A DNA stretch of 64,000 bases from Eledone cirrhosa (Eukaryota): assembly GCA_964016885.1 (NCBI GenBank), contig OZ024740.1, positions 9,672,001 to 9,736,000 of the forward strand, in the 5' to 3' direction. A program made the translations under genes and the position numbers. Positions within the stretch are counted from its first letter, which is position 1. Each line of letters begins with the position of its first letter. Shown here one piece after another: positions 63,581-64,000 of the stretch. The notes beneath the pieces are model-generated. The model saw nothing but the letters and a program-made list of their open reading frames with translations. It did not search any database and was not told the DNA's origin.

Positions 63581-64000
63581 AGACTGAGAGAGAGGTGCTG
63601 GTGGTAGCCGTGTGGTTGATGTGACTACTGGTCATCTAGTCTAGGTTTGTCACCAGACTGAGAGAGAGGTGCTGGTGGTAGTCGTGTGGTTGATGTGATC
63701 TCTGGTCATCTGGTTTAGGCTTGTCACCAGACTGAGAGAGGGGTGCTGGTGGTAGTCTTGCGGTTGATGTGACCACTGGTCATCTAGTCTAGGTTTGTCA
63801 CCAGACTGAGAGAGAGGTGCTGGTGGTAGTCTTGCGGTTGATGTGACCACTGGTCATCTGGTTTAGGTATGTTTACCAGACTGAGAGAGGGGTGCTGGTT
63901 GTAGTCTTGTGGTTGATGTGACCACTGGTCATCTGGTTTAGGTTTGTCACCATACTGAGAGAGGGGTGCTTGTGGTAGTCTTGTGGTTGATGAGACCACT

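Larger units (their letters stand above)
1..64000. repeat. 74-bp tandem satellite DNA array, ~865 head-to-tail monomers, running past both window edges
   Basis: The same 74-bp unit recurs from base 1 to base 64000 in one orientation, with only substitutions and small indels. ORF-track starts step by 74 bp throughout. I saw no unique or inverted sequence. Confidence 0.99.

Noticed and set aside
110-63999. Hundreds of 66-164 aa minus-strand ORFs (MVTSTTRLPPAPLSQSGDKPKPDDQW...) as a gene family
   Set aside because: They overlap each other every 74 bp in rotating frames and start at GTG. Each simply reads three consecutive monomers in three frames until the stop-containing frame. Longer ones arise from indel monomers. 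No recognisable domain is present.
1-64000. CRISPR array (palindromic repeat with ~74-bp period)
   Set aside because: The sequence between palindromes is as repetitive as the palindrome itself, so there are no unique spacers. There is no leader and there are no cas genes.
1-64000. Embedded transposon, inversion or unique insertion within the array
   Set aside because: None seen on reading through. The 74-bp phase and orientation are maintained end to end, and gaps in the ORF track correspond to point mutations that create stops or remove the GTG start.

Overview
The whole 64 kb window is one uninterrupted, single-orientation tandem array of a 74-bp satellite monomer, about 865 copies (64000/74). 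The consensus is TTGATGTGACCACTGGTCATCTGGTTTAGGYTTGTCACCAGACTGAGAGAGGGGTGCTGGTGGTAGTCTTGTGG, with an exact copy at 964-1037. I see no credible protein-coding gene, RNA gene, transposon, CRISPR array or unique sequence. The hundreds of 66-aa minus-strand ORFs are an artefact of the 74-bp period. The real structure lies in the order of monomer variants. A ~16-18.7 kb super-repeat occurs about three times, and its two later copies are near-identical at an 18,306-bp offset. It nests with 2-, 5-, 7-, 14-, 17-, 28- and 34-monomer duplications, an ectopically copied 4-monomer insert, 63/72/73/75/80-bp length variants, and a domain of private variants at ~54.9-59.7 kb. The monomer has no CpG in the consensus, is strongly G/T-skewed, and is packed with dyad symmetries around a conserved TGACCA-C-TGGTCA palindrome. 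This best fits eukaryotic heterochromatic (possibly centromeric or subtelomeric) satellite DNA. The organism, family name and novelty cannot be established from the sequence alone.
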